NCBI RefSeq assembly: GCF_009914755.1
Contig: NC_060928.1
Source: the human T2T-CHM13v2.0 reference genome, Homo sapiens
Strand: one strand, 5' to 3'
DNA: 64,000 nucleotides
Positions within the stretch are counted from its first letter, which is position 1. The number at the start of each line of letters is the position of its first letter. Positions 44,330 through 56,970 of this stretch are shown here, in pieces. A model generated the notes under the pieces. That model worked only from the letters and a program-made list of their open reading frames with translations, did no database searches and had not been told where the DNA came from. The position numbers and the translations under genes are program-made.

Positions 44330-44500
44330 CAGGGATGGCAAACTTAGATGCATTCAGAGGCCAGGCAGATGATGAAGGGACCAGGTGCATAACATTTGGA
44401 ATAAAAAACCTATGGTGACCCGGAGAATATATGCTTCATGAGGATATTAAATGTAAAGTTTAAAATATTCTGCCATTTAGATACATTGTATCTGCCACCT
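44330..44500 (+). mobile_element. MER117/MER102-like hAT-Charlie MITE
   Basis: cagggatggcaaacttagatgcattcagaggccaggcag resembles the family 5' end. Confidence 0.55.
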
Positions 44501-44806
44501 TTATTTTCTTTTCCTAAAGAACTTTTCAATCACAACCCTTTCTTTATGTGGAATACTAAACTTAAGATCTCTCCAAATTTAGGGAAAGTTTGAAGTCTTA
44601 CTTTTGTATTTCCAGGTTTAGACATAGTGAAGACAGTCTACTTAACCTCTTTAGCCTGGACCTATAATATTGGCTTTATAAGTCTTATACCAAGTTAACT
44701 GTTGAGAGATGGATAGAATAAAATGAGTCTAAGACACAGAGAAGAAGAAGCAGAGATGTATAAGGCATTTATCTCCCCAAGTGTGCACATGATCTGACAA
44801 TATATA

Positions 44807-45474
44807 TGTTGTTGAGTAGGCAGATACCTAGACATGAGCAGGAGTGGGCAGCCCCCGAAAAAAGTGAGGTCTGGAAAATTTTTGACCTCACAAATCACTG
44901 AAAAGATGCATGCTAGATATGAGCAGAGAGAGGGGAAAATACCCATGCAGGAAGGAGTGTCCATTAAGATGCCCAGTAATTATTGACTCTGCAGTTAAAA
45001 TGTCAGAATGTAGCTAGGTACATGGTAACAAGGGGGAAGAGGGCTAAGGGGAAATTCCTGAAAGATAAATGACATGATTAGTATCCAACACTGGCTCACA
45101 CATGTGCACCAACTAGCAATAAGGGAGGATCCCACAAGCCTGGGGTAGGAACCAGGCAGGGAAAAGGAAGGGACTTAAGGCAGGAATGGAAAAACTAGAA
45201 AAAGAAAAGAGGCAGAGACTTAAGACAGAGGTGGGAACCTCAGGGGAAAATCCAACATCATAAAAATTCAACGCAGATCTCTTGGAGGGCTACTGGCTCA
45301 CTCCCTTCAGCAGCCTGCTCTGTCACAACTTTTCAGAGTGTACTGTCTCTCTAGATAACTCTGCTCTCTATTTTCCTTCAATAAATTCTGTTTTTGTCTA
45401 AATCAGTCACTTGGTAGAATTCTTTCTCCAAGTAAGACTAAAAACCCAGGATGATTCCTATAATTCCCAGTTAT
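44807..45474 (+). mobile_element. MER50(B)-like ERV1 solo LTR
   Basis: gagtaggcagatacctagacatgagcagg; cataaaaa TATA-like box ~45258; aataaa ~45380; tata flanks. Confidence 0.75.
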
Positions 45475-45766
45475 ATATAATACACACACATACTCTGCAT
45501 GTATATGTATATCTCAGTAAATATATATGTGTGCATATACACACACACATATATATATATCCCAATAAATATTTAACCTCATTGCTTCAAGGCCTTAGTG
45601 GATTAATAATAGGCATAATTTTTTGACCCTCCTCACATTAAGAAATTTGGTCCATGTCTCTCTTCTTAAATATGGGCAATCTCTGTTACTACTTTGACAA
45701 ATGAAACAGGATAGAAGCTATGCTGTGCCAGTTTCTGGTTCCAGGTCTTAAGAGATTAGCATCTTC

Positions 45767-46700
45767 GGGGGATTGCTGTCAAGATGGCCGAATAGGAACA
45801 GCTCTGGTCTGCAGCTCCCAGCAAGATCGATGCAGAAGGTGGGTGATTTCTCCATTTCCAGCTGAGGTACCCAGTTCATCATTGAGACTGCTCAGACAGT
45901 GGGTGCAGCCCATGGAGGGTGAGCGGAAGCAGGCTGGGGCATCGCTTCACCCAAGAAGTACAAGGGACTGGGGAATTTTCTCCCCTACCTAAGGGAAGCC
46001 ATGAGGGACTGAGCCTGAGGAACCATGCACTCCAGCCCAGATACTGTGCTTGTCCCATTGTCTTCGTAACCCACAGACCAGGAGACTCCCTCTGGTGCCT
46101 ACCCAACCAGGGCCCTGGGTTTCAACACAAAACTGGGTGGCCTTTTGGGCACACACTGAACTAGCTGCAGGAGTTGTTTTTTTTTTTTTTTTTTTTTTTT
46201 CCATACCCCAGTGGTGCCAAAAATCACAGCAAGACAGAACCGTTCACTCCCCAGGTAAGGGGTGCTGAAGCCAGGGAGCCAACTGGTCTTGCTCTGTGGG
46301 TCCCACCCCCATGGAGCCCAACAAACTAAGATCCACTGGCTTGAAATTCTTGCTGCCAGCACAACAGCAGTCTGAGATCGACATGAGATGCTAGAGCTTG
46401 GTGGGGGGAAGGGCGTCCACCATTGCTGAGGTTGGAGCTAGAGGTTTTACACTCAGTGTAAACAAAGCAGCCAGGAAGTTTGAACTGGGCAGAGCCCACT
46501 GCAGCTCAGCAAGGCTGCTGTGGCCAGACTGCCAGATTTCTCCTCTCTGGGCAGGGCATTTCTAAAGAAAAAGGCAGCAGCCCCAGTCAGGGACTTACAG
46601 ATAAAACCCCCATCTTCCTGGGACAGAGCACCTGGGGGAAAGGGCAGCTGTGGGTGCAATTCAGTAGACTTAAACGTCCCAGCCTGACCACTCTGAAGAG
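45767..46700 (+). promoter_or_regulatory. L1 5' UTR internal promoter region (YY1 site); antisense promoter by homology
   Basis: aagatggcc YY1 motif at 45781; many CpGs decayed; activity unknown. Confidence 0.55.
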
Positions 46701-47105
46701 ACAAGCTGACCTCCTAGCACAGCATTCGAGCTCTGCTAAGGGTAAGACTGCCTCCTCAAGTGGGTCCCTGACCCCCATGTATCCTGACTGGGAGACACCT
46801 CCCAGTAGGGGCTGACAGACACCTCGTATGGGAGAGCTTTTGCAGGCATCTGGCAGGTGCCCTACTCGGACGGAGCTTCCAGAGGAAAGAACAGGCAGCA
46901 TTCTTTGCTGTTTTGCAGCCTCCACTGGTGATACCCAGGGAAACAGGGTCAGGAGTGGACCTCCAGCAAACTCCAGCAGACCTGCAGCAGAGAGGCCTGA
47001 CTGTTAGAAGGAAAACTAACAAGCAGAAAGGAATAGCACATCCACTCAAAGGCCTCAACCAAAGGACACCAACATCAAAGACAAAAAGTAGATAAATCCA
47101 CAAAA

Positions 47106-47618
47106 ATGGAGAGAAACCAGTGCAAAAAGGCTGAAAATTCCAAAAACCAGAACGTCTCTTCTCCTCCAAAGGATCACAACTCCTTGCCAGCAAGGGAACA
47201 AAACTGGACGGAGAATGAGTTTGATGAATTGACAGAAGTAGGCTTCAGAAGGTGGGTGATAACAAACTCCTCCAAGCTGAAGGAGCATGTGCTAACCCAA
47301 TGCAAGGAAGATAAGAACCTTGAAAAAAGATTAGAGGAATTGTCAGTTTAGAGAAGAACATAAATGACCTGATAGAGCTGAAAAATCACAGCATGAGAAC
47401 TTCATGAAGCATACACAAGTATCAATAGCTGAATGGATCAAGCAGAAGAAAGGATATCATTGATTGAAGATCAACTTAATGAAATAAAGGGAGAAGACAA
47501 GCTTAGAAAAAAAAAAGAATAAAAAAGAACAAACAAAACATCCAAGAAATATGGGACTATGTGAAAAGACCAAACATATGTTTGATTGATGTACTTGAAA
47601 GTGACAGAGAGAATGGAA
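47106..47618 (+). pseudogene. L1 ORF1p remnant, frameshifted and C-terminally deleted
   Basis: MERNQCKKAENSKNQNVSSPPKDHNS...ENEFDELTEVGFRRWVITN. Confidence 0.92.
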
Positions 47619-50600
47619 AGAGAATTTAAACCAACGAAGATCAAAAAAGACAGAGAAGGGCATTACATAATGTTAAAGGGATCAATACAGCAAGAAGAGT
47701 TAAATATCCAAAATATATATGCACCCAAAACAGGAGCACCCAGATTCATAAAGCAAGTTCTTAGAGACCTACGAAAGGACTTAGACTCTCCCACAATAAT
47801 AGTGGGAGACTTTAACACCCCACTGTCAATATTAGACAGATCAACGAGAAAATTAACAAGGATATGCAGGACTTGAACTCAGCTCTGGACCAAGTGGACC
47901 TAATAGTCATCTACAGAGCTCTCCACCCCAAATCAGCAGAATACAGATTCCTTTCAGCTCCTCATCTCACTTATTCTAAAATTGACCACATAAAAAATTG
48001 GAAGTAAAACACTCCTCAGCAAATGCAAAAGAATGGAAATCATAACAGTCTCTCAGACCACAGTGCGATCAAAATAAAACTCAGGATTAAGAAACTTACT
48101 CAAAACTGCACAATTACATGGAAACTGAACAGACTGCTCCTGAATGACTACTGGGCAAATAATGAGTAGAAGGCAGAAATAAAGCTGTTCTTTGAAACCA
48201 ATGAGAATGAAGACACAACGTACCGGAATCTCTGGGACACATTTAAAGCAGTGTGTAGAGGGAAATTTATATCACTAAATGCCCACAAGAGAAAGCAGGA
48301 AAGATCTAAAATTGACAGCCTAACATCAAAATTAAAATAACTAGAGAAGCAACAGCAAACAAATTCAAAAGCTAGCAGAAGACAAGAAATAACTAAGATC
48401 GGAGCAGAACTGAAGGAGATAGAAACATGAAAAACCCTTCAAAAAATCAGTGAATTCAGGAGCTGATTTTTTGAAAGATCAAAAAAACAGATAGACTGCT
48501 AGCCAGACTAATAAAAAAGAAAAAAGAGAAAAAGCAAATAGATACAATAAAAAATGATATAGAGGATATCACCACTGATCCCACAGAAATACAAACTACC
48601 ATCAGAGAATACTATAAACACCTCTACGCAAATCAACTAGAAAATCAAGAAGAAATGGATAAATTTCTGGACACATACACCCTCCCAAGTATAAACCAGG
48701 AAGAAGTCGAATCCTTGAATAGAACAACAACTAGTTTTGAAATTGAGGCAATAATTAATACCCTACCACCCCCAAAAAGTCTAGAAACAGAAGGATTCAC
48801 AGCCAAATTCTACCAGAGTTACAAAGAGGAGCTGGTACCATTTCTTCTGAAACTATTGCAAAAAATAGAAAAAGAGAGACTCCTCCCTAACTCATTTTAG
48901 GAGGCCAGCATCATCCTGATACCAAAACCTGGAAGAGATACAACAAAAAAGGACAATTTCAGGCCAATATCCCTGAGGAACATCAATGCGAAAATCCTCA
49001 ATAAAATACTGGCAAACCAAATCCAGCAGCACATCAAAAAGTTTACCCATAAGATCAACTTGGCTTCATACCTGGGATGCAAGGCTAGTTCAACATACAA
49101 TAAACATAATCCATCACATAAACAGAACCAATGACAAAAATCACATGATTATCCCAATAGATGCAGAAAAGGCCTTCGACACAATTCAACAGCCCTTCAT
49201 GTTAAAAACTCTCAATAAACTAGATATTGATGGAGTGTATCTCAAAATAATAAGAGCTATTTATGACAAACCCACAGTCAATATCATACTGAATGGGGAA
49301 AAACTGGAAGTATGCCCTTTGAAAACCAGCACAAGACAAGGATGCCGTCTCTCACCACTCCTATTCAACATAGTGTTGGAAGTTCTGGTCAGGGCAGTCA
49401 GGATAGAGAAAGAAAGGGTATTCAAATAGGAAACGAGCAAGCCAAATTGTTTCTGTTTGCAGATGACATGATTGTATATTTAGAAAGCCCCACCATCTCA
49501 GCCCAAAATATCCTTAATCTGATAAGCAATTTCTGCAAATTCTCAGGATACAAAATCAATTGCAAAAATCAGAAGCATTCGTATACACTAATAACAGAAC
49601 ACAGAGAGCCAAATCATGAGTGAACTTCCATTCACAATTGCTGCTAAGAGAATAAAATACCTAGGAATACAATTTACAAGGGATGTGAAGGACCTCTTCA
49701 AGGAGAACTGCAAACCACTGCTCAAGGAAGTAAGAGAGGACACAAACAAATGGAAAAACATTCCATGCTCATGGATAGGAAGAATCAATATCATGAAAAT
49801 GGCCATACTGCCCAAAGTAATTTATAGATTCAATGCTATCCCCATCAAGCTACCACTGACTTTCTTCACAGCATTGGAAAAAAACTACTTTAAACTTCAT
49901 ATAGAACCAAAAAAGAGCCTGCAGGGCCAAGACAATCCTAAGCAAAAACAACAAAGCTGGAGGCATCACACTACCTGACTTCAAACTACATTACAAGGCT
50001 ACAGTAAAAAAAAAAAGCATGATACTGGTACCAAAACAGATACATAGACCAATGGAACAGAACAGAGGCCACAGAAATAACACCACACATCTACAACCAT
50101 CTGATCTTTGATGAACCTGACAGAAACAAGCAATGGGAAAATGATTTGCTATTTAATAAATGATGTTGGGAAAACTGGCTAGCCATATGCAGAAAACTGA
50201 AACTGGACCCCTTCCTTACACCTTATACAAAAATCATCTCAAGATGGATTAAAGACTTAAACATAAGACCTAAAACCATAAAAATCCCAGAAGAAAACCT
50301 GGGCAATACCATTCAGGACATAGGCATGGACAAAGACTTTATGTCTAAAACACCAAAAGCAATGGCAACAAAAGCCAAAGTTGACAAACAGGGTCTAATT
50401 AAACCAAAGAGCTTCTGTACATCAAAAGAAACCATCATCAGAGTGAACAGGCAATGCAGAGAATGGGAGAAAATTTTTGCAATCTATCCATCTGATAAAG
50501 GGCTAATATCCAGAATCTACAAAGAACTTAAACAAATTTACAAAAGAAAAGAAAATCAAACATCCCCATCAAAAAGTGGGTGAAGGATATGAACAGACAC

Positions 50601-51191
50601 TTCTCAAAAGAAGACATTTATGCAGCCAACACACATATGAATAAGAGGTCATCATCACTGGTCATTAGAGAAATGCAAATCAAAAACACAATGAGATACC
50701 ATCTCATGCCAGTTAGAATGGCGATCATTAAAAAGTCAGGAAATAATGGATGCTGGAGAGGATGTGGAGAAATAGGAATGCTTTTACACTGTTGACAGGA
50801 GTGTAAATTAGTTCAACCATTGTGGAAGACAGTGTGGTGATTCCTCAAGGATCTAGATCTAGAAATACCATTTGACCTAGCCATCCCATTACTGGGTATA
50901 TACCCAAAGGATGATAAATTATTCTACTATGAAAACACATGCACATGTATGTTTATTGAGGCACTAGTCACAATAGCAAACACTTGGAAACAACTGAAAT
51001 ATCCATCAATGATAGACTGGTTAAAGAAAATGTGGCACATATACACCATGGCATACTCTGCAGCCATAAAGAAGGATGAGTTCATGTCCTTTGCAGGGAC
51101 ATGGATGAAGCTGGAAAGCATCATTCTCAGTAAACTAACACAAGAACAGAAAAACAAACACTGCATGTTCTCACTTATAAGTGGGAGTTGA
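47619..51191 (+). pseudogene. L1 ORF2p (endonuclease/reverse transcriptase) remnant with many stops and frameshifts
   Basis: NIYAP and GDFNTPL (endonuclease), [15 protein letters not shown] and LFADDMIVY (RT), C-terminal HCMFSLISGS. Confidence 0.95.
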
Positions 51192-51978
51192 ACAAGGAGA
51201 ACACATGGACACAGGGAGGGGAACATCACACACCGGGGCCTTTCAGGGGGTCGGGGGCCAGGGAAGGGATAGCATTAGGAGAAATACCTAATGTAGGTGA
51301 CGGGTTGATGGGTGCAGCAAACCACCATGGCACACGTACACCTGTCTAACAAACCTGCACGTTCTGCGCATGTACCACAGAACTCAAAGTATAATTAAAA
51401 AAAAAAAGAGAGAGAGAAAGATTAGCATCTTCTATTTCCTGTACCTTGGAAGACTTGCTTTTAGGATACTACCACTATGCCATGGAGAACATAAAATGTT
51501 CTGTAGAGACTCTCATTTGGACAGGAAGTGAGGCTCCTGAATGACAGTTATGGCTGAATTGCCAACTGACAGCATCCATCAACCACATCTGTGAGCTGTC
51601 TTGAAAATTATACCTGCAGCCCCAGTTGAATTTCCTCAGCTGACCTGATTGACATGGACAGAGATAAGGCCTTCACACTGGGCCCTGCCCAAAATTCAGT
51701 TTCAGAATCAAGATAAATTATTTTGTTTTAAGCCATGAAACTTTAACAGGGCAGTTTATAATGAAGAAACAAATAATAACAAACGATCTATCAAGCTAGA
51801 GAAAGATCCCACGTTCATTTCATGTTGCGATACTTCACTAGTATTGTAAAGGGAAAGTGAGAAAGAAAAAGAAAGACAGAGAGAGGGAGAGGAAGAGAAA
51901 ATTGAGAGAAAAAGAGAGAGATTCCAAACAAAATGATGATGTCTCAAAATAAAATAAAATTTTTCATCTATTTGTCTA

Positions 51979-52006
<28 letters not shown>
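51979..52006. repeat. (AC)14 microsatellite
   Basis: direct count. Confidence 0.96.
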
Positions 52007-52009
<3 letters not shown>

Positions 52010-52416
52010 CTATTGCTTGTTATCCCACCCTATTTTATATCCCTGAAGATTTATTTGAGTCCTTGAGAAATCCTCTTATGAACACTAGAGCTCCTCTTAG
52101 GGTTAGTGGGGAAGGGGTATAACTGAGCTTTCCCTATAGACTGGAGTAAATGTGCTAAGCTAGAATGTCTTCTGCTTCTTCCTCCTCCTCCTCTTCCTCA
52201 TCTTTCTCCACTGCTCCTCCTCTTCTGAATTTAAAAAGTCTATATATGATTTTTGTTTCTTACGTAATTGAGTTCCTAAATGTGTCCTAGACTTAGTTTC
52301 TTTACACCCTTTAAAACCTATGCTTTCAGAAATCCTTAGGTTCTGGAGTCCCCTAATCTTGGTTGGATATCTTCTTGTGCTATTTGCTATTTTTATGACA
52401 TTTGTCATTTACTAGC

Positions 52417-52832
52417 TGAATTAGTTCATTTCCTCACTGCTATGAACAAAACCCTAAGACTGGTAATTTATAAGGAAAATATATTTAATTGACTCACAAT
52501 TCCATCGGCTGTTAAGGAAGTATGATGCTGACGTCTGCTCAGCTTTTGGGGAGGCCTCAGGAAATTTACAATCATGGCAGAAGGCAAAGGGGAAACAGCC
52601 CTTCACATGGCTGCAGGAAGAGCAAGAGAGAGATGGGGAAGGTGCCACAAACTTTTAAACAACCAAATCTCATGAAAACTCAATCACAAGACAGCACCAA
52701 GGAAATGGTGCTGTACCATTCATGAGAACTCCACCTCCATAATTTAATCACCTCCCACCAGGCCCCAATTCCTGCTCTGGAGATTACAATTCAACATGAG
52801 ATTTGATGGGGTCAAAGATCCAAAGCATATCA
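52417..52832 (-). mobile_element. MSTA-like MaLR solo LTR
   Basis: agactggtaatttataagg...gaggcctcaggaaatttacaatcatggcagaaggc...ttcaacatgagatttg. Confidence 0.9.
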
Positions 52833-53439
52833 TCAACCTTTTTTATGAATCAGGTTTTTAAAAAATCGGTTAATAATGGCATCTATAATTTGCTGTGAGG
52901 ATTTGACAAATTAAAATTATTTGTCGATAACAAAAATGTCCATGAAAAACTTGATTGAAAATTAAATAAGAAAATTCTTCTAAAGCTTCCAGTAAGCATC
53001 AGTTAACAAATGGTAGTTTCTGTTTCTCTTATTGTTTTTGTTAAAAACAATATCTTCTACATGTGAGTAATGGTAAAATGGGATAACAATGTGATTTGTT
53101 TCAAATAATTTATTTTTATGCTGGTATTTCCCACTTTAGGATAAATGAAAATATAGATTATTGAATCTGAAAATAAATCATATTATTTATAAATAAAAGC
53201 ATAACGGAAGATTAATTTGGATTCAGATATTAAGAAGACTGAATAACTGATATGAAATATTCCTACACACTAGTTTTAAAATGATATTCTACAAGGAAAC
53301 TTTGAGGGTGTTTTGAAATGACGTGTTTATGGTAGACAAATGTATCATATGCTCTTATGAATATTTAATATGTCAGGAAAAGATCCAACTCTAAATTTTC
53401 ATGTTAGAGTCAGCTTCCTAAGACCACTCTATGCATAAC

Positions 53440-53879
53440 TGTGTTACACAGGTTTCCTGGAATAGACCTTGAAGTGGAGGATTGCAGGCAGAATCTTTGT
53501 TGTGGAATGCTCTTGAGATACACACCTGTAAAGAAATGAGAAATGCAGGATTAGACAGAGGGGGAAGCTGCCAAACAATAAGGTGACAATGGAGGATTCT
53601 GCTGATTCTATAAACAGCTCTGGACTTAAAATGAGCCTTCAACATTGTTCCAAATTGAGTCATAAGAGTTCAACTTTGGTATCCCCACCATAGGATGACA
53701 ATGGACCTCAGGATGCATTCACACAATGGGCATACTCTTGACCTATGCAGTTTCCTGTGGTTGAGGGTAATTCCTAATTGAGTGATGAAGCTGTAAATGG
53801 TCTTCCTCATAAACTGGGAAATGGGTTTCTTGGAGGCCCTGAAGAGGAAAACTGACAGAGTATCACAATAACAGCTACA
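53440..53879 (-). mobile_element. LTR16C-like ERVL solo LTR
   Basis: ggaatgctcttgagatacacacctgtaaag...gcaggattagacagagggggaagctg. Confidence 0.7.
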
Positions 53880-53938
53880 ATATCCTAGATCCAAAACAAA
53901 TTTAAAATATTTATTAGGGTGATTCATTTCTTCATTTC

Positions 53939-53972
53939 TTTCAAAACATGTTTACACAAACATGTTTTGAAA
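53939..53972. repeat. Perfect 15-bp inverted repeat with 4-nt loop
   Basis: tttcaaaacatgttt-acac-aaacatgttttgaaa. Confidence 0.97.
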
Positions 53973-56751
53973 ACATTAAATATATTTGATATAGTTTAGT
54001 AGGAAAATACTCAAAATCAGCATTGTGAAAAAAATGTGTTTCTTATACAATTAAACTGCATTTGAAGTAGATGGCAACGTTATACAAATCTCAAAAAGTT
54101 TTTCTTTTCTTAAACAAGGGCCCCAGTGATGTACTACACTGTAATTAACACTGAAATTCTGGGAACTACTCTATCATTTCCAGTCACTATAGTTGCAAAG
54201 CTGGGAAGTAAACACTGCACATAAGATGATTGATTTCCCTTGGAATACAACAGGCTGAAGTTCCCTTCATTATACAAATTAATAAAATTCAAACTACATA
54301 AAATATATATTAGTCATTGATGATTAATTCATCTATATCTGGGTACCAAAGGTCTGGGCTACTTAAACCATGTAGATTTTTAATCTTTTCAATTTAGAAA
54401 GAAGAACTTGTGTATCCACATCCTGCTTTGTAGCTATAAATATATCAAAATTCTAGATTGGGGAAAATTGTAAGGGAAATCTGAAGCTTTCATATAGTGT
54501 GAAAATAATTCAGCACATATGGACAATTTTTGATGTTTGCAATAAGCAGAAAGATCTCTAATGGAGATGGCTTTATGACATTGTTTAGGAAAGCATAAAA
54601 ATAAACTTTTAAAGTGCTGTTGTATAAAAGTAAAACAACAGTTATTTCTGTGTTTTGAAAGCTGAAACTAAATAAATGATAGTAGAAGCAGAGGTGCTTT
54701 GTTACAAGGGCTTCTCAAGCATTTACAATTAATATCTTTAATGGCAGACAGAAAGAAAACTGCTTCAACAATATAAAGATATAGCAGTTCAAAGTGGCAA
54801 CCAAGCAAGATATTACTTTGAAATGTCCTGCTTTAACAGTATACCTGGGGACTTGGTATTCTCTTCTAAACTGGGTTTAATATAAAGCAAATCCCACCAC
54901 AACTGTCTTCAAGCTTTCTAGTAAAATGGCCCTCCAGAAAGATGATCTTTAATGTTAACCCCTGTCAAAACGACAGCTCCCCAAATGGAGAAGTCAAATC
55001 TCAGAACAAAACAATAGAAAGTTTCGTAGAAGTTAGTAAAAAAATAAAATTTTGAGTGTTAAATGATTCTCACATATTGAATACCATTTTACTTATTTTC
55101 TCTAACAAATCCATTCACCAGTGTCATCATAATTTATGACCTTTAATATAGTACAATGCTACCCTTTCATAAATGTACTTCAATGAAGTAAGATTACTCC
55201 TATATATTATTACTATGGATACTACATCATCCTGTCTCTGTGCTCAAGTTGCCATGAGCTAAAGCCTCAGTAATAAAGGTAGATGTATTTATACGTACGT
55301 CTATTCCTATATTTTATCAAATATTTATGTATATATGTATCTATCTATCACAATATCTAAATATTAGCAAGTTTATGAGTCAGTGATATTGATAACAATA
55401 TCTTCAGTAGAATTAAGGTTTATCTTATTTGAGGTCAGAAAATAAAACCATGTTAGATTTAGCTTAGAACATGTATACCTAAAAAAGATTGCTTAAATTA
55501 GCTTGTAAGTGAGAACTGTGATAAGTATGTTAAGCAAACAACTTACTGGATGTTATTTCTTCCATTCTATATACTCTTAACTACCACGTATAATAAAGTC
55601 CTAAGAATCTAGTTTAGGAAAGTAAAATAGAAGACTGAAGCAATAATTTAGATCATTTAATCTAAAAAAATCCCATCATTGTGCCAATTCTTTGGTATTT
55701 CAAGGATAATAAGATCAATGGTCTCCATGATTATTGTTAGTATTATTTTTATCATTAATTTTCATTAATTTATCATTTATTTAATACTTTCTTGAGAATA
55801 TCAGTATATCTTAAAATCCTGCTAAATTTTACATGTATAAATTCTGGATATTACTAAGCTGACCTAAACTTCATATCTCCGAAAAGAAAAACTAAGGTGA
55901 CAGTACAGTTAAAATTAAGTTTTAGTTTCAGATTCTGAGGAAATAATGCATAAATTTGAAAAATAGGTATGTTCTTATATAATTATAAAATAAAAATGTT
56001 ATTTCTATCTAAATAAAATATACAATGTATTAATCTAGATTAATGAACTTGCTCTAAATACTTTGTACCAAATTACTGTGTTCCCATCTATTACAAAGTA
56101 TGATTTTTACTACTTTGTACATATGTGTATCATTGAAATATAACTGTTATGTCTCCTTATATTTTGTTTCATTGTAACATTTAAAACATTCGCGTTATTT
56201 TAAAAAATAATGTATATGCTAATACTCATGAGAAGTATATGAGAAGGCTTATTTTTGTGCCTGATATTTCTATAACTGTAAAGCAAAAGGGAGAACTTCC
56301 TTTCCAAAAACATAGACGTTAAGGAAGTTGATTTTTGTTTTCTTTCACAGAAGAGGCCTGTTCTTCATAACTGTTTTCTAGGTGATTGGCTATTTATCAA
56401 CTTGCTCCATAATCTGTTTAGAGTTAAAGAGGACCGCAGAAACTGCACGTCCAGGTGTCACAGGTTACAAAACTAATAATTAAAAAAAAATTTTAAACTT
56501 ATTTCAGATTCCCTCCTGAAGTCTACTACATTGTTTATACAGTTGGAGGACAAAGTCAGCCACTGCCTGAATTTATATTCTGCACTAGGCGATTCAGGAA
56601 ACAGTGAGTCCAAGTATTTCTTACTCTTAAAATTGCGTTCAATGGGACTGCAATTTCCTTTCTGCTTCTCTGAGTCAACTGCAAAGTCTCAGGTGTTTTC
56701 ACAGTTGAGACAAGATAAAAAGCAGCATCAATGAAAACCATGGGGTTCTAT

Positions 56752-56970
56752 GGAGGCATCATTGTGTAGTGAGTAGAAGCATGCTGCTCTAGCTGTATCT
56801 CACTGGGTTCAAACCCTGACTATACAGTATATGGTCCATTAAGGGTCAGGTGACCACAAGAATTTCTATGCTGGTAAAATAGGTTTATAATAATGCCAGT
56901 TAATCTAAAGATGATTTAAGTGAGGAGTATTTGGTATTTTTCAAGCACTCAATAATCATTAATTGTGATC
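56752..56970 (+). mobile_element. MIR SINE
   Basis: tgtgtagtgagtagaagcatg...ctgggttcaaaccctgact...aagcactcaataa. Confidence 0.7.

Larger units (their letters stand above)
45767..51418 (+). mobile_element. L1PA7-like near-full-length LINE-1 with an internal deletion
   Basis: 5' UTR caagatggccgaataggaacagctc; ORF1 and ORF2 remnants; G-rich 3' UTR and A-tail; 14-bp TSD agattagcatcttc at 45753-45766 and 51419-51432. Confidence 0.96.
45595..51782 (+). mobile_element. MLT1G/H-like MaLR LTR split by the L1 (45595-45766 and 51433-51782)
   Basis: atgctgtgccagtttctgg...cttaagagattagcatcttc resumes after the L1 through gccctgcccaaaattcag...ttttaagcca. Confidence 0.75.

Noticed and set aside
46391-46423. 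L1 ORF0 homologue on the minus strand
   Set aside because: Reads MVDALPPTKL then TAG, so it stops at codon 11
45767-51418. Retrotransposition-competent L1
   Set aside because: Large deletion plus many stops and frameshifts in both ORFs
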